Notes: a model not told the origin generated them from the letters alone. Counted from the stretch's first letter, positions 32,754 to 44,863 are shown. The stretch is DNA of 64,000 nt from Bdellovibrionota bacterium (GCA_041739995.1 JBGSMV010000026.1:46699-110698); one strand, 5' to 3'. Numbers and translations: made by a program.

Positions 32754-33224
32754 ATGGCACGAAAGAAGAGAAATTTTAGTAGAGAAATACTCCCCGATCC
32801 AAAGTTTGGGGATGTGGTGGTTACTAAGACCATTAACTGTCTCATGTCCCATGGGAAGAAGGGCGTTGCAGAAAGAGCGCTTTATCATTCTCTAGAGAAG
32901 ATGGGTGAAAAGCTTGGTGGCGACGGCGTTGATAGTTTCCGAAAGGTTCTCTCCGCAATTCGTCCGATGGTCGAAGTGCGATCCCGCCGAGTGGGTGGAG
33001 CAACCTATCAAGTGCCTACCGAGGTGCCTGCTGCGCGAGCGCAGTCGCTTGCGATTCGGTGGTTGGTAGAGGCGGCAAACCAAAGATCAGAGCGTACATT
33101 GGGCGAACGTCTTGCAGCAGAGATGATGGACGCGCTTCAGAATCGAGGCGTTGCCATGAAGAAGCGAGAAGATACGCATCGCATGGCGGACGCGAATAAG
33201 GCATTCGCGCATTTCCGCTGGTAA
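32754..33224 (+). CDS. rpsG: 30S ribosomal protein S7
   Basis: RRVGGATYQVP, ANKAFAHFRW. Confidence 0.99.
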   Translation: MARKKRNFSREILPDPKFGDVVVTKTINCLMSHGKKGVAERALYHSLEKMGEKLGGDGVDSFRKVLSAIRPMVEVRSRRVGGATYQVPTEVPAARAQSLAIRWLVEAANQRSERTLGERLAAEMMDALQNRGVAMKKREDTHRMADANKAFAHFRW

Positions 33225-33349
33225 TTTGGTGCTGGTAGCAAGGTCTTCTGTCTGCTGACGTCGGAGTGCATTGAGAACAATGCGTTGAGAACTCCGGATT
33301 GTGGGCAGATGAAGTCGTAAGTTTTTAGGATATTTGAGAGACAGTTCAG

Positions 33350-35458
33350 GTGGCAAAGAAGGATCTTAGCAAAACTCGCAACATCGGCATCATGGCGCAT
33401 ATCGATGCGGGTAAGACAACTACGTCCGAGCGCGTACTCTACTACACCGGTGTTAACTATAAGATCGGCGAAGTGCATGAGGGTGCGGCTACCATGGACT
33501 ACATGGAGCTTGAGCAAGAGCGTGGAATTACCATTACCTCTGCTGCTACTACTTGCTTCTGGAAGGGGTCACACCGAGATCGACCAGAATATCAGATAAA
33601 CTTGATCGATACTCCCGGACACGTTGATTTCACCATTGAAGTAGAGCGCAGTTTGCGAGTGCTTGACGGTGCGGTCGCGGTTTTTGACGGCGTAAATGGC
33701 GTAGAGCCACAGTCTGAGACGGTGTGGCGTCAAGGCAACAAATTCAAAGTTCCTCGAATCTGTTTCATCAACAAGATGGATCGTATCGGCGCGGACTTCC
33801 AGATGTCACTCGAGTCGATTCATGAGCGACTTGGTGCGAGAGCAGTTCCGATTCAGCTTCCGATTGGTGCGGAGAGCGCGTTTCTCGGAGTAATCGACCT
33901 GGTGGGGATGAAGGCCATCACCTACAAGGATGAGACTAAGGGTGCAGAGTTTGATCTTGGTGAAATCCCAGCCGAACTTCTTGATGGTGCAAAGTCTGCT
34001 CGCGAGCATCTGGTCGAAGCAGTTTCTGAGTGCGATGAAGCGTTGACCGAGAAGTATATCGGTGGCGTGGAGATTACTGAAGACGAGCTTCGCGCAGGTA
34101 TCCGACGCGCCACTATTGCGATGCAGATTTTTCCAGTTCTGTGTGGCAGTGCTTTCAAGAATAAGGGCGTGCAGCCACTGCTTGATGCCGTTGTAGATTA
34201 TCTCCCTTCACCCCTCGAAGTACCTGCGATTAAAGGGTTCGTGCCAGGGAAGAAGAAAGGCGAGGAAGTTGAGCTGATACGAGAAGCGAATGGCGAGCAG
34301 CCATTTTGTGCGCTTGCATTCAAGATCATCACTGATCCCTACGTTGGTGTGTTGACGTTCTTCCGAATGTATTCGGGAACTCTCACTCCGGGCACTACGG
34401 TTCTTAACACCACGCGCGATAGAAAAGAGCGCATTGGTCGAATTCTTCGTATCCATGCAGATAAGCGCGAGGAAATGAAAGAGATTCAGGCCGGGGATAT
34501 CGGTGCAGCGGTTGGTCTTAAAGAGACGATTACTGGCGACACCTTGGCCGATCCAGAGAATCCAATTCTTCTTGATAGTATCTATGCGCCTGAGCCGGTT
34601 ATTAGCATCGCTATCGAGCCAAAGACCAAAGTAGACGAAGAGAAGCTTGGACTTAGCTTGATGAAGCTGGCCAAAGAGGATCCATCGCTTCGAGTCCGAG
34701 TCGACCAAGAGTCGGGCCAGACCATCATTTCCGGAATGGGAGAGTTGCATCTCGATATTATTCAGCAGCGCATGCAACGAGAGTTCGGTGTCGAAACCAC
34801 CACTGGTAAGCCACAGGTGGCCTACCGTGAGTCAATTGTCGGCAAGGCCGAGAACGAGACCAAGTATGCCAAGTATGCCAAGCAGACTGGTGGTCGTGGG
34901 CAGTTCGGTCATGTGCATCTTCGTGTAGAGCCGCTTCCTCCTGGTTCTGGCGTGCAGTTCTCTGATGAGATTAAGGGCGGAGTTATTCCAAAGGAATACA
35001 TTCCTGCCGTTGAAGATGGCGCGCTCGAAGCTTTGACCGGCGGTGTGCTTGCCGGCTACCCACTGATCGATATCAAGGTGACGCTATTTTACGGTAGTTA
35101 CCATGAAGTTGATTCAAGTGAGATGGCTTTCAAAATTGCAGGATCGATCTGCGTGAAGGAAGCTTGCCGCAAGGCGAAGATTCAGCTGCTTGAGCCAATT
35201 ATGTTCGTAGAAGTGGTTTCGCCGGACGAGTTCATCAGTAACGTCGTTGGTGATTTGAACCGCAGACGTGCAAGAATTTTGGGTATGGAGCCTAGAGGCG
35301 GTGGACAGGCTGTGAAGTCTGAAGTTCCATTGTCCGAAATGTTTGGGTACTCGACTGATTTACGTTCGAGTTCTCAAGGTCGGGCGACATTCACAATGGA
35401 ATATCACCACTACGCACCGGTGCCTGTGCATATTGCAGAGAGCATTGCGGCTAAGTGA
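33350..35458 (+). CDS. fusA: Elongation factor G
   Basis: [41 protein letters not shown]. Confidence 0.99.
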   Translation: MAKKDLSKTRNIGIMAHIDAGKTTTSERVLYYTGVNYKIGEVHEGAATMDYMELEQERGITITSAATTCFWKGSHRDRPEYQINLIDTPGHVDFTIEVERSLRVLDGAVAVFDGVNGVEPQSETVWRQGNKFKVPRICFINKMDRIGADFQMSLESIHERLGARAVPIQLPIGAESAFLGVIDLVGMKAITYKDETKGAEFDLGEIPAELLDGAKSAREHLVEAVSECDEALTEKYIGGVEITEDELRAGIRRATIAMQIFPVLCGSAFKNKGVQPLLDAVVDYLPSPLEVPAIKGFVPGKKKGEEVELIREANGEQPFCALAFKIITDPYVGVLTFFRMYSGTLTPGTTVLNTTRDRKERIGRILRIHADKREEMKEIQAGDIGAAVGLKETITGDTLADPENPILLDSIYAPEPVISIAIEPKTKVDEEKLGLSLMKLAKEDPSLRVRVDQESGQTIISGMGELHLDIIQQRMQREFGVETTTGKPQVAYRESIVGKAENETKYAKYAKQTGGRGQFGHVHLRVEPLPPGSGVQFSDEIKGGVIPKEYIPAVEDGALEALTGGVLAGYPLIDIKVTLFYGSYHEVDSSEMAFKIAGSICVKEACRKAKIQLLEPIMFVEVVSPDEFISNVVGDLNRRRARILGMEPRGGGQAVKSEVPLSEMFGYSTDLRSSSQGRATFTMEYHHYAPVPVHIAESIAAK

Positions 35459-35677
35459 GTACTGAGAAATTTGGACTAGGTTTTCATACTGTTTTTTGAT
35501 TGGGTTTTTGTTTTCGAGTGAGTGAGTTGTTAGAGGAGCAGGCTGAGAGGAGTTTCTATCTCAGCTGAAGCGCAATAGGCACCGACCATAGAATAATGGG
35601 ACAGTGTGGAGTGCGTGCGTTGTTTCTCTAGCGAAAGTTTTTTTGTAGCGAACGGATTGTATTGAGGAATATTAAGT

Positions 35678-36874
35678 ATGGCTAAAGGAAAGTTTGATCG
35701 AACGAAGCCTCACGTAAACGTTGGAACTATTGGCCACGTTGATCATGGGAAGACGACACTCACTGCAGCGCTCGTAAACACTCAGGCACGGCGTAATCTC
35801 GCGAAAGCGAAGAGCTACACCGACATCGCCAAGGGTGGAACGGTGCGTGACGCGTCCAAGACCGTAACTATTCATAGTGCGCACGTGGAGTACGAGACGG
35901 TGAATCGTCACTACGCCCACGTAGATTGTCCAGGCCATGCTGATTATGTGAAGAACATGATCACTGGGGCTGCACAGATGGACGGTGCGATACTTGTGGT
36001 AAGTGCGTCTGACGGTCCTATGCCTCAGACCCGCGAGCACATCTTGCTTGCGCGCCAAGTTGGTGTGCCAAAGATCGTTGTGTTCCTCAACAAGGTTGAC
36101 ACCGTTGATGACCCAGAGTTGCTCGATCTCGTTGAGATGGAAATCCGCGAACTCCTTAGTTCGTATGACTTCCCGGGCGACGACACTCCGATCATTCGTG
36201 GTTCAGCATTGAAGGCGCTTCAAGGCGAAGAGACTGAAATTGGTACGCAGTCTCTCGACAAGCTCTTGGCCACTATCGATGACTACATCCCGATTCCACA
36301 GCGTGAAGTAGACAAGCCCTTCCTCATGCCAGTCGAAGACGTGTTCTCGATCGAAGGTCGTGGAACCGTGGCTACCGGCAGAATTGAGCGCGGTATTGTG
36401 AAGGTCGGCGAGGAAATCGAGATCATCGGATTGAAGGACACGGTTAAGACCATCGTCACCGGTGTTGAGATGTTCCAAAAGACTCTTGATGAAGGGCAGG
36501 CCGGCGACAACGTTGGTTGCTTGCTTCGTGGTTTGAAGAGAACCGATATCGAGCGCGGCCAAGTTTTGGCTAAGCCAGGTTCGATTAAGCCGCACAAGAA
36601 GTTTAAGGCTGAAGCTTATATCCTCAAGAAGGAAGAAGGTGGACGTCATAAGCCTTTCTTCACGGGATATCGTCCTCAGTTCTATTTCAGAACCACTGAC
36701 GTAACTGGAACCTTGAACTTGCCAGCGGGTGTTGAGATGGCCATGCCAGGCGATCGTATTCACCTCGAGGTCGAGCTCTATCAGGTAATTGCTCTTGAGA
36801 AGCAGTCCCGTTTCGCCATTCGTGAGGGTGGAAAGACGGTAGGTTCTGGAGTCGTGACGGAAATTATTGAGTAG
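35678..36874 (+). CDS. tuf: Elongation factor Tu, non-canonical switch I
   Basis: [38 protein letters not shown]. Confidence 0.99.
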   Translation: MAKGKFDRTKPHVNVGTIGHVDHGKTTLTAALVNTQARRNLAKAKSYTDIAKGGTVRDASKTVTIHSAHVEYETVNRHYAHVDCPGHADYVKNMITGAAQMDGAILVVSASDGPMPQTREHILLARQVGVPKIVVFLNKVDTVDDPELLDLVEMEIRELLSSYDFPGDDTPIIRGSALKALQGEETEIGTQSLDKLLATIDDYIPIPQREVDKPFLMPVEDVFSIEGRGTVATGRIERGIVKVGEEIEIIGLKDTVKTIVTGVEMFQKTLDEGQAGDNVGCLLRGLKRTDIERGQVLAKPGSIKPHKKFKAEAYILKKEEGGRHKPFFTGYRPQFYFRTTDVTGTLNLPAGVEMAMPGDRIHLEVELYQVIALEKQSRFAIREGGKTVGSGVVTEIIE

Positions 36875-37048
36875 TAGCCGTCGTTAGGTGAGTGTGCCCG
36901 TAAGGGACGCGCTGACTGGGTACTTCTTCTCTCTCGGTTCATTCGTGAATCGGAGAAGCGGGAATTGCCCAGAGAAGCGTAACAACGGTCGAAGCCTGTT
37001 CATCAAAGGGTGATTACAAAAACCCTTTGAGTGGGCGCTCGACCTACC

Positions 37049-37088
37049 TTACAAGGGCTGGCCTTAATTTGAAGGCCAGCCCTTGTAA
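37049..37088 (+). other. 17-bp perfect hairpin in the rpsJ leader
   Basis: TTACAAGGGCTGGCCTT / AAGGCCAGCCCTTGTAA, 6-nt loop. Confidence 0.8.
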
Positions 37089-37122
37089 AGGTGTCTTAAG
37101 GTGAAGTTTGGAGATCTAGGCG

Positions 37123-37437
37123 ATGATTGGGGGTCAACTAATCCGCATTCGGTTGAAGGGGTATGATCACAAGCTCCTCGACTCAGCGGTAACAGAGATC
37201 GTCTCCACTGTGCGGCGTACAGGTGGAAGGGTGGCGGGGCCTATTCCGCTTCCTACTCGCATTGAACGCTACACGGTGAATCGCTCGCCGTTTTCAGACA
37301 AGAAGTCGCGTGAGCAGTTCGAGATACGAACGCACAAGCGCTTGTTGGATATTTTAGAGCCAACTCAGCAGACAATCGACGAGCTCGGGAAGTTAGAGTT
37401 GTCGACAGGAATCGATGTGGAGATCAAGCTACAGTAA
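37123..37437 (+). CDS. rpsJ: 30S ribosomal protein S10
   Basis: [26 protein letters not shown]. Confidence 0.98.
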   Translation: MIGGQLIRIRLKGYDHKLLDSAVTEIVSTVRRTGGRVAGPIPLPTRIERYTVNRSPFSDKKSREQFEIRTHKRLLDILEPTQQTIDELGKLELSTGIDVEIKLQ

Positions 37438-37516
37438 AGTTGAGTACCGTAGCTGACCACTTGAATCGGACGATTCTTGAACTCAATAGTTCGGGGTGAT
37501 CGGGGAGATTGATCGC

Positions 37517-38236
37517 ATGAAGAATGAGAAAGTTTTCCAGCAGGGGCTCCTAGGTAAGAAACTAGGAATGACCCATATTTTTGCAGAGGATGGAACCTGC
37601 ATACCAGTGACGATTATTCAGGCGGGGCCTTGCTACGTGCTTGATGTCAAAACCACTGAGCGCAATGGCTATTCCTCTGTCCAGTTTGGATTTGAGCCGA
37701 AGAAGGCTCAGCGTTGTAACAAGCCAGACCTTGGACACTTTGGAAAGGCCGGTAAAGGGGCTTTCTATCATGTGCGCGAGGTTCGCTGTGATGTTCAGCA
37801 ACTTGGATGGACCACTCCTGGCCAAGCGGTAACCGCAGGCGAGGTATTCCAAGCGGGTGAGCACGTCGACGTTTCCGGTGTTTCAATCGGGCGTGGATTT
37901 TCCGGCGTGGTGCGACGTTACCGAGTAGGTGGACAGCCATCGACACGTGGAACGCATGAGGTTCGTCGACATATAGGAGCTGTTGGTTGTCGAAAGTTCC
38001 CAGGGCGCATCATGAAGAATCAGCGCATGCCTGGACACATGGGTGCAGCGCCTCGAACCGTACAGAATTTGGAAGTTGTACAAGTCAATCCTGAGACAAA
38101 CATCGTGCTCGTTCGTGGTGGTGTCCCCGGAGCGCGCGGTGGCTTAGTTATGATTCGAAAGACGGTCAAAGGCGTCGTGCCGATGGTTGAATCCGCCGCT
38201 GGTGCGGGGAAGGGAGCGCAGGAGAGAGCGGCCTGA
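37517..38236 (+). CDS. rplC: 50S ribosomal protein L3
   Basis: GKKLGMT, GRGFSGVVRR, MPGHMG. Confidence 0.97.
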   Translation: MKNEKVFQQGLLGKKLGMTHIFAEDGTCIPVTIIQAGPCYVLDVKTTERNGYSSVQFGFEPKKAQRCNKPDLGHFGKAGKGAFYHVREVRCDVQQLGWTTPGQAVTAGEVFQAGEHVDVSGVSIGRGFSGVVRRYRVGGQPSTRGTHEVRRHIGAVGCRKFPGRIMKNQRMPGHMGAAPRTVQNLEVVQVNPETNIVLVRGGVPGARGGLVMIRKTVKGVVPMVESAAGAGKGAQERAA

Positions 38237-38303
38237 TTTTGGCAGCCCGAGTGGGGACTGAGCTTACTTGAAGCTCGCAAGATAACGTAGAGGCTTAAGC
38301 ATT

Positions 38304-39173
38304 ATGGCGGTAGAGAAAAAAGAGTCCAAAGCGAAGGCGCCGAAGGCAGCAGTATCTTCTGCTGAGAAATCTTCTGCTGAGAAGATGTCGTACCCAGTGG
38401 TTGATTCTTCCGGAAAGTCAGTCGGTTCGTGCGACTTAGACGGCGCAGTATTTTCTGCACCAGTACATGAAGCGTTGGTGTTCGATTCGGTTATGTGGCA
38501 GCTGGCGAAGCGCCGACAGGGAACTCACTCCTGCCTAACGAAAGGTGAAATGAAGGGCGGTGGCAAGAAGCCATGGCGCCAAAAGGGTACGGGGCGCGCG
38601 CGCGCAGGTACTAACCGCTCTCCATTGTGGGTCGGTGGTGGTGTTGCTCACGGACCAAAGTCAAATCCATTCGGATATGAAAGCAGGCTTTCAAAGCGTA
38701 GTCGCAGACAGGGCCTTGTCGCCGCGTTGACCGACATGGCGAACAACAAAGCGTTGTTGATCGTCGACCGCATAGCGATTGAGAAGGCGAGCACCAAGTC
38801 GATGTTAAAGCTCTTGAGCTCCTTCGGAGTGGCAGACAAGAAAGTTGCGTTGCTCGTTCCTGCTTCGAGTGTCCGTGTGACCATTCGTGGGGTTAAAGGG
38901 ACGACACCGGAAGTCATGGCAGCTCAGAATCTGCCTGGCGTCACCATCATGCCAACCACAGGCGTTAATGTATGGGAGCTTTTAAAATGTGATGTGTTGT
39001 TAGGCGAGCGCTCAACTTTCGAAGAGCTCCAGCAGCAGCTTCAAGGGCGTGTCGGCGAAGTTGTTAAGCGAAATCGTCGCGAGCGACCAGGGCGACAGTC
39101 TAATAGTGAGAAAGCTAATAGTGTGAAAGCTGGAAGTGCAAGAGGCGCTTCTCAAGAGAGTGCAGCCAGCTAG
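38304..39173 (+). CDS. rplD: 50S ribosomal protein L4, extended (289 aa)
   Basis: GGGKKPWRQKGTGRARAG, GGGVAHGPK. Confidence 0.97.
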   Translation: MAVEKKESKAKAPKAAVSSAEKSSAEKMSYPVVDSSGKSVGSCDLDGAVFSAPVHEALVFDSVMWQLAKRRQGTHSCLTKGEMKGGGKKPWRQKGTGRARAGTNRSPLWVGGGVAHGPKSNPFGYESRLSKRSRRQGLVAALTDMANNKALLIVDRIAIEKASTKSMLKLLSSFGVADKKVALLVPASSVRVTIRGVKGTTPEVMAAQNLPGVTIMPTTGVNVWELLKCDVLLGERSTFEELQQQLQGRVGEVVKRNRRERPGRQSNSEKANSVKAGSARGASQESAAS

Positions 39174-39265
39174 GCCTCGTAGGAAGTTACGTGGCAGATA
39201 GAGATTAAAAGGTTTCTTTAGTTGCAGTGATGCAAGGGAAGGGACGCAGGAGTGAGGATGCTGTT

Positions 39266-39667
39266 ATGGCAGTTAAGAAAAAGGCAGTAAGGGCAGTCAA
39301 TACCAGGAGCAAGCATGCAGTGCGTGGTTTGTTGCTGTTTGGTCCGGGAGCAAAGGCTACTCCGAAGAAGTCAGCATCAATCGCTCAGTATGGATTGCTG
39401 CGTCGCCCGCTGATCACTGAAAAGACCGCTGGGCTTAGCGCGGATCGTAATCGAGTGGTCTTCAAGGTTGCTACTGGAACCACCAAGACTGACATTCGTT
39501 TGGCAGTAGAGGCGGTCTACGGCGTTAAGGTCGCCGCAGTTCGCACGGTGAACATGATGGGAAAGATCAAGCGCGCCGGTAATTCGATGGGCCGCAGAGC
39601 AAGTTTCAAGAAGGCATACGTTACCCTCAAAAAGGGCGAAACAATTGATGTCGTGGAAGGGCTGTAA
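39266..39667 (+). CDS. rplW: 50S ribosomal protein L23, N-terminally extended
   Basis: PLITEK, FKKAYVTL; start uncertain. Confidence 0.95.
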   Translation: MAVKKKAVRAVNTRSKHAVRGLLLFGPGAKATPKKSASIAQYGLLRRPLITEKTAGLSADRNRVVFKVATGTTKTDIRLAVEAVYGVKVAAVRTVNMMGKIKRAGNSMGRRASFKKAYVTLKKGETIDVVEGL

Positions 39668-39699
39668 AGCACACCCGAACCATTTAGACCAAGGCGAAT

Positions 39700-40536
39700 A
39701 TGGCACTTAAGACATTCACCCCAATCACCCCGTCTCGACGATTCATGACGCGGCACTCTTTTAGCGAGATTACTTCGTCCACGCCGGAGAAGTCGCTTCT
39801 TCGGAAGCAGTCGAGCAGCGGCGGTCGAAACAATCAGGGCAAAGAGACCAACGTCAACATTGGTGGCGCGCACAAACGCCGCTATCGCGTGATTGATTTC
39901 AAGCGCGATAAGACTGGAATTCCTGCAGTAGTGGCGACGATTGAGTACGACCCTAACCGCTCAGCTCGTATCGCGCTTCTTCATTATGTTGATGGTGAGA
40001 AGCGATACATCCTTGCACCACAAGGACTTGAGGTGGGGCAGAGAATTTCCAGTGGCGAAAACGCAGAGATCAAACCAGGAAATGCTCTTCCGCTGAAGAA
40101 CATACCTACCGGCGTGGCCATCCATAACATTGAAACGAAGCTCGGCGGAGGCGCTCAGCTGGTTCGTTCGGCAGGCACCTCGGCGCAGCTTGTGGCGAAA
40201 GAGGGCCGTTATGCCCTGCTCCGCATGCCGTCTGGCGAAATGCGCAAGGTCTTCATTGATTGCACCGCGACTATTGGAGCAGTCAGCAATCCTGATCACC
40301 AAAATGTGGTAATTGGGAAGGCTGGCAGGAACCGTTGGTTGGGAGTGCGACCGCACAACCGAGGAACGTCGAAGAATCCAGTCGATCATCCGCTCGGTGG
40401 TGGTGAAGGTAAGTCAAAGGGTGGTCGTCACCCGGTGTCGCCTACTGGTGTTCCTGCGAAGGGTTACCGTACTCGACATAACAAGCGTACTAACAAGTTT
40501 ATTGTTCGTCGTCGTAACGACAAGAAAGCTAGCTAG
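39700..40536 (+). CDS. rplB: 50S ribosomal protein L2
   Basis: [25 protein letters not shown]. Confidence 0.99.
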   Translation: MALKTFTPITPSRRFMTRHSFSEITSSTPEKSLLRKQSSSGGRNNQGKETNVNIGGAHKRRYRVIDFKRDKTGIPAVVATIEYDPNRSARIALLHYVDGEKRYILAPQGLEVGQRISSGENAEIKPGNALPLKNIPTGVAIHNIETKLGGGAQLVRSAGTSAQLVAKEGRYALLRMPSGEMRKVFIDCTATIGAVSNPDHQNVVIGKAGRNRWLGVRPHNRGTSKNPVDHPLGGGEGKSKGGRHPVSPTGVPAKGYRTRHNKRTNKFIVRRRNDKKAS

Positions 40537-40572
40537 TAATTAGTAAGAGATTTTTGGGGAGATAAGAAGGCT

Positions 40573-40851
40573 ATGCCACGCTCAATTAAAAAAGGGCCTT
40601 TCGTCGATGACCATTTGCAGAAATGGGTCGAGCGCGCCAAGTCTGGTGGACACAAAGGGCCGATCAAAACCTGGTCACGTCGGTCTACTGTTACGCCCGA
40701 CATGATTGGTCTTACCTTTGCGGTGCACAACGGCAGAAAATTCAATGCGGTGTTCATCACAGAGAATATGGTTGGACATAAGTTTGGCGAGTTCTCTGCG
40801 ACGCGCACATTCTTTCAGCATTCGGGTAGTAAGAAAGAGGCTAAGTTATAG
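40573..40851 (+). CDS. rpsS: 30S ribosomal protein S19
   Basis: [24 protein letters not shown]. Confidence 0.98.
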   Translation: MPRSIKKGPFVDDHLQKWVERAKSGGHKGPIKTWSRRSTVTPDMIGLTFAVHNGRKFNAVFITENMVGHKFGEFSATRTFFQHSGSKKEAKL

Positions 40852-40887
40852 CGCGCTGTTTTCCACAGTGAGCGGAGTGATTGAGAT

Positions 40888-41274
40888 ATGGCAAAGAAAA
40901 GTACCGCGGAAAAATTCAAGTCGAATGTTGGTAGTGAAGCGCTCGCGAGTGCGACGTTGCGCCATGTTCGAATTTCTCCACAGAAGGTGCGTCTGATCCT
41001 TGGATTGATCGAGGGCAAGGAAGTCGATCGTGCTCTCGATATCTTGCAATTTGCGCCTAAGAAGGGGGCTCAAATCGTCTCTAAGCTCCTTAAGTCAGCC
41101 ATTAGCAATGCTCGAGAGAAGGGGTCAGTGGACCTTGATGAACTACTGGTATCGGGCTGTTGGGCAGACCCAGGGCGCACCATGAAGCGTTTTATGCCTC
41201 GGGCGCGTGGTATGGCGACACCAATTCTGAAGCGTTCTTCGCATATTACCCTGGTTTTGGGGGCGCGACGCTAG
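40888..41274 (+). CDS. rplV: 50S ribosomal protein L22
   Basis: RISPQKVR, PRARGMA, SHIT. Confidence 0.97.
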   Translation: MAKKSTAEKFKSNVGSEALASATLRHVRISPQKVRLILGLIEGKEVDRALDILQFAPKKGAQIVSKLLKSAISNAREKGSVDLDELLVSGCWADPGRTMKRFMPRARGMATPILKRSSHITLVLGARR

Positions 41275-41452
41275 GAGAGGGGTTCAGGCGTTGCCATTTC
41301 AGCTTTGGAAGGGCCGTTTGAATATAGAGTGAAATTTTTGATTTCGATTAGGTAGTTAGGTACTCTGACAGGCCGCTTTTGTCGGGCCCCTTTTTGAGGG
41401 ACCTTTCGTCTAAGTGGTTTTGCTGGGGTCATTTAGGAGTCTGTAGGCTGGT

Positions 41453-42115
41453 ATGGGGCAGAAAGTTCATCCAAAAGGATTTCGATTAGGGGGGCTTGAG
41501 ACCTGGATCTCACGATGGTTCGTACCTCGTGATCATCATCGCTATATTGGCGAGGATATTCAGATTCGAAAGTTCGTGAAGAAGCGATTGCATCAGGCCG
41601 GTATCTCTCGAGTGGAGATCGAGCGTGCGGCAGCAAGAGCCAAGATCAACATCTTCTCGGCCAAGCCAGGATTGGTAATTGGAAAGAAGGGTAAGGACAT
41701 CGAAGATCTACGCAAAGAGTTACGCAACCTTGTGAAGCGCGATGTGAGCATCAATATCATTGAAGCTCGCAAAGCCGACATGGATGCTCAACTTGTTGCC
41801 GAGAACATTGCATTTCAGCTTGAGCGCCGTATCGCTTTTAGACGTGCGATGAAAGAGGCAGTGACCCGAGCCCAGAGAATGGGCGCTGAAGGGGTGAAGG
41901 TCGTAGTTGCAGGCCGTCTCAACGGAGCCGAAATTGCAAGAACTGAAAAATATCGTGAGGGCAGAGTACCTCTTCACACCTTGAGAGCTGAAATCGACTA
42001 CGGCGTTGCGGAAGCGCATACCACGTATGGCGTAATTGGCATTAAAGTGTGGATTTTCAAAGGTGAGAAGTACGCTGAGGGGGAAATCCCAACGTACGAG
42101 TCAATTCAGCTCTGA
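41453..42115 (+). CDS. rpsC: 30S ribosomal protein S3
   Basis: [29 protein letters not shown]. Confidence 0.99.
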   Translation: MGQKVHPKGFRLGGLETWISRWFVPRDHHRYIGEDIQIRKFVKKRLHQAGISRVEIERAAARAKINIFSAKPGLVIGKKGKDIEDLRKELRNLVKRDVSINIIEARKADMDAQLVAENIAFQLERRIAFRRAMKEAVTRAQRMGAEGVKVVVAGRLNGAEIARTEKYREGRVPLHTLRAEIDYGVAEAHTTYGVIGIKVWIFKGEKYAEGEIPTYESIQL

Positions 42116-42161
42116 GGTCTTAAGGAAGCGGTCTTAGAGACGAGAACGATTTAGGGGACTT

Positions 42162-42587
42162 ATGTTACAGCCAAAGAGAACAAAGCATCGCAAGCAAATG
42201 AAGCAGGTGCGCCACCTTCACGGTCGAGAGACGCGTGGATGTGAGCTTGCTTTTGGAGATTTCGGACTTCGCGCCGTTGAAAGTGGTTGGATTACTAATC
42301 GGCAGATCGAAGCGAGTCGAGTCGCTATTTCGCGCTTTGTAAAAAGAGGCGGAAAAGTTTGGATTAAGATTTTCCCTGACAAGCCGCTTACCAAGAAGCC
42401 AGCTGAAACTCGAATGGGTTCCGGAAAGGGTTCGCCTGAGTTGTGGGTTGCTGAAGTTCGCGCCGGACGAGTCATGTTCGAAATGACCGGAGTGTCGGTT
42501 AAAATTGCTCAAGAAGCATTCAAGCGTGCTGCAGCTAAATTGCCGATTGGCTCCAAGTTCGTGATGAGAAGTGAGAATTTGATATGA
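42162..42587 (+). CDS. rplP: 50S ribosomal protein L16
   Basis: [17 protein letters not shown]. Confidence 0.98.
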   Translation: MLQPKRTKHRKQMKQVRHLHGRETRGCELAFGDFGLRAVESGWITNRQIEASRVAISRFVKRGGKVWIKIFPDKPLTKKPAETRMGSGKGSPELWVAEVRAGRVMFEMTGVSVKIAQEAFKRAAAKLPIGSKFVMRSENLI

Positions 42588-42802
42588 AACGGAAAGAAGT
42601 CGTTGCTGAGTTTAAGGGCATGACCCTTGAGGATCTCAAGAGTCGTGCGCGTTCGTTGGCTGAAGAGATGATGAAGCTTCGTTTTCGTAAGGCCTCTGGC
42701 CAGCTCGAGCAGAGCCATCATGTAAAAGCGGCCAGGCGAAATCTGGCACGAGTAAAGACAATGATTCAGAGCAAGTCCTCGGAATCAGCTAAGGCGGTTT
42801 AA
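42584..42802 (+). CDS. rpmC: 50S ribosomal protein L29
   Basis: [23 protein letters not shown] overlap with rplP. Confidence 0.95.
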   Translation: MKRKEVVAEFKGMTLEDLKSRARSLAEEMMKLRFRKASGQLEQSHHVKAARRNLARVKTMIQSKSSESAKAV

Positions 42803-42919
42803 GTTCTGCGATTGGGGTATAGAGTTAACGGGCGTCTTGATGGGCGCAGTTTTTGGCTTCGGTAAAGCGAATCTAAAAATCTGGAAATAATAGCCCCTAA
42901 GCAAGTAGTGAGAGTTTTT

Positions 42920-43246
42920 ATGAATACGAGTCTAAACGGAAGTGCAAAGTCACCTAAAGCATCGGGCACCAGCAGCGCTGAAGGGGAAGCCTCTGAGCGT
43001 GGACGTCGAAAAGTCCAAGTTGGCTTGGTGGTGAGCACCAGCATGAATAAGACCATTGTTGTTGAGGCCGTGAGACAGGTCATTCATAGAAAATACGGCA
43101 AGTTTGTGCGACGGACGAGTAAGTACTACGCACACGATGAGTCAAATCAGTGCGGAGTCGGGGATGAGGTGAAAATTTCAGAAACCCGACCGATGAGTCG
43201 TTCAAAGCGCTGGAAGCTTGTTGAGATTGTAAAGCGGGCGGAATAG
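42920..43246 (+). CDS. rpsQ: 30S ribosomal protein S17
   Basis: MNKTIVV, AHDE, ETRPMSRSKRW. Confidence 0.96.
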   Translation: MNTSLNGSAKSPKASGTSSAEGEASERGRRKVQVGLVVSTSMNKTIVVEAVRQVIHRKYGKFVRRTSKYYAHDESNQCGVGDEVKISETRPMSRSKRWKLVEIVKRAE

Positions 43247-43330
43247 TCCCGTTCGAGCGTCGCCTATGTTGCATGAATTTGTGCGACATTAAGGGGGGCG
43301 TGTTGCGGAAGATTTGAAAGGATAGAGATC

Positions 43331-43699
43331 ATGATTCAGCTCAAGTCATTGCTGGAAGTAGCGGACAACTCGGGCGCAAAGCGAGTCGTGTGCATTAAGG
43401 TGTTTGGAGGATCGCGTCGTCGCTATGCGACTGTCGGAGACAAGATCAAGGTCGCCGTCAAAGAAGCTATCCCCAACAGCAAGATTGCGAAGGGCTCTGT
43501 ACACACTGCGGTGATAGTGCGTACGGCCAAGGAACTGAGACGCGATGACGGCTCATTCATTCGCTTTGATGAGAATAGTGCGGTCTTGATCGATGCGAAC
43601 GGAGAGCCAGTGGGCACTCGTATATTTGGCCCAGTGGCGAGAGAGCTTCGAGCAAAACGATTTATGAAAATTGTGTCTTTGGCACCAGAAGTCCTTTAA
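43331..43699 (+). CDS. rplN: 50S ribosomal protein L14
   Basis: [27 protein letters not shown]. Confidence 0.99.
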   Translation: MIQLKSLLEVADNSGAKRVVCIKVFGGSRRRYATVGDKIKVAVKEAIPNSKIAKGSVHTAVIVRTAKELRRDDGSFIRFDENSAVLIDANGEPVGTRIFGPVARELRAKRFMKIVSLAPEVL

Positions 43700-43748
43700 G
43701 GGCAAATTGGTGTCGCGGCGACGCGGTGAGATAACGGTGCGGTGAGAT

Positions 43749-44150
43749 ATGGCAGCGAATAGAGCAGGAAAAGGGAATTCGAAGAAAGCGAAAGCTACTT
43801 TGTTTGGTGAGACAAAGTTGCGCCGTGGGGACACCGTTATGGTGATCTCAGGGGGCAATAAGAAGGTCAGGCCTATTAAAGGTCAGACCGGCAAAATCAC
43901 GCGTTTGATTGATGATGGGCAGCGCGCCATTGTCGAAGGACTTAATCGAATGACTCGGCACCAGAAGGCTAAGGGTCCCGATAAGCCAGCGGGCAAAGTC
44001 TCGATTGAGGCTCCGATTAATATCGCTCGCCTGATGTACTATGCCGAGAAGATTAAGCGTCCGGTGCGGCTGTCGGTCAGTTTTTTGACCGATGGGACAA
44101 AGGTACGTGGATACAAGGATCCAAAGTCTAAAGAGTTTGTTCAGATATAG
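43749..44150 (+). CDS. rplX: 50S ribosomal protein L24
   Basis: GDTVMVISG KOW motif, VEGLN, EAPI. Confidence 0.95.
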   Translation: MAANRAGKGNSKKAKATLFGETKLRRGDTVMVISGGNKKVRPIKGQTGKITRLIDDGQRAIVEGLNRMTRHQKAKGPDKPAGKVSIEAPINIARLMYYAEKIKRPVRLSVSFLTDGTKVRGYKDPKSKEFVQI

Positions 44151-44236
44151 ACTGAAGTAGAGTCGAGGGTCCTTGAAGGCTTGCACGTTCTAGGGCTAGC
44201 AAAATTTTCAAGCAGTTTTTTAAAAGTGGTAGTCGC

Positions 44237-44800
44237 ATGAGCAGGGTACAAAAATTATACGAAGAAGAAGTGGCACCAGCTCTCCGAGCAGAGTTTAAGT
44301 ACACGACTCCGATGAGAGTGCCAAAGCTTCTTAAAATAGTGATCAACACTGGAGTCGGTGAGGTGACCACCAATCCGAAAGCTATTGAGCACGTTGTTTA
44401 TGCAATGACCCAGATAAGTGGGCAGAAGCCCATGGTGTCTCGTTCTACCAAGGCGATTGCAGGCTTCAAGCTTCGTGCCGGATTGCCGGTCGGCTGTATG
44501 GTGACCCTTCGCAAGCAGCGCATGTATGAGTTTTTCGATCGACTGGTAAATGTTGCGCTCCCTCGAGTACGCGATTTTCGCGGAGTCCCGGCGCGCGGAT
44601 TCGACGGTAATGGCAACTATACGATGGGGCTTAAGGAATCGATCGTGTTTCCTGAAGTGGTGATGGACAAAATGGACAAGGTTCGCGGAATGGACATTAC
44701 CTTTGTCACTACTGCCAAGACTGATGAGGAAGGCCGAGCGCTACTTCAGAAGTTGGGAATGCCGTTTCGCCAGCCGGGTGAGCAGCAGAGGGCGGCGTAA
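44237..44800 (+). CDS. rplE: 50S ribosomal protein L5
   Basis: [22 protein letters not shown]. Confidence 0.98.
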   Translation: MSRVQKLYEEEVAPALRAEFKYTTPMRVPKLLKIVINTGVGEVTTNPKAIEHVVYAMTQISGQKPMVSRSTKAIAGFKLRAGLPVGCMVTLRKQRMYEFFDRLVNVALPRVRDFRGVPARGFDGNGNYTMGLKESIVFPEVVMDKMDKVRGMDITFVTTAKTDEEGRALLQKLGMPFRQPGEQQRAA

Positions 44801-44863
44801 TTCGGGAACTGTATATTTAACTGATTGATAGATCTCAGAAGAGTTTAGAGGGGAGCAAGAGCG

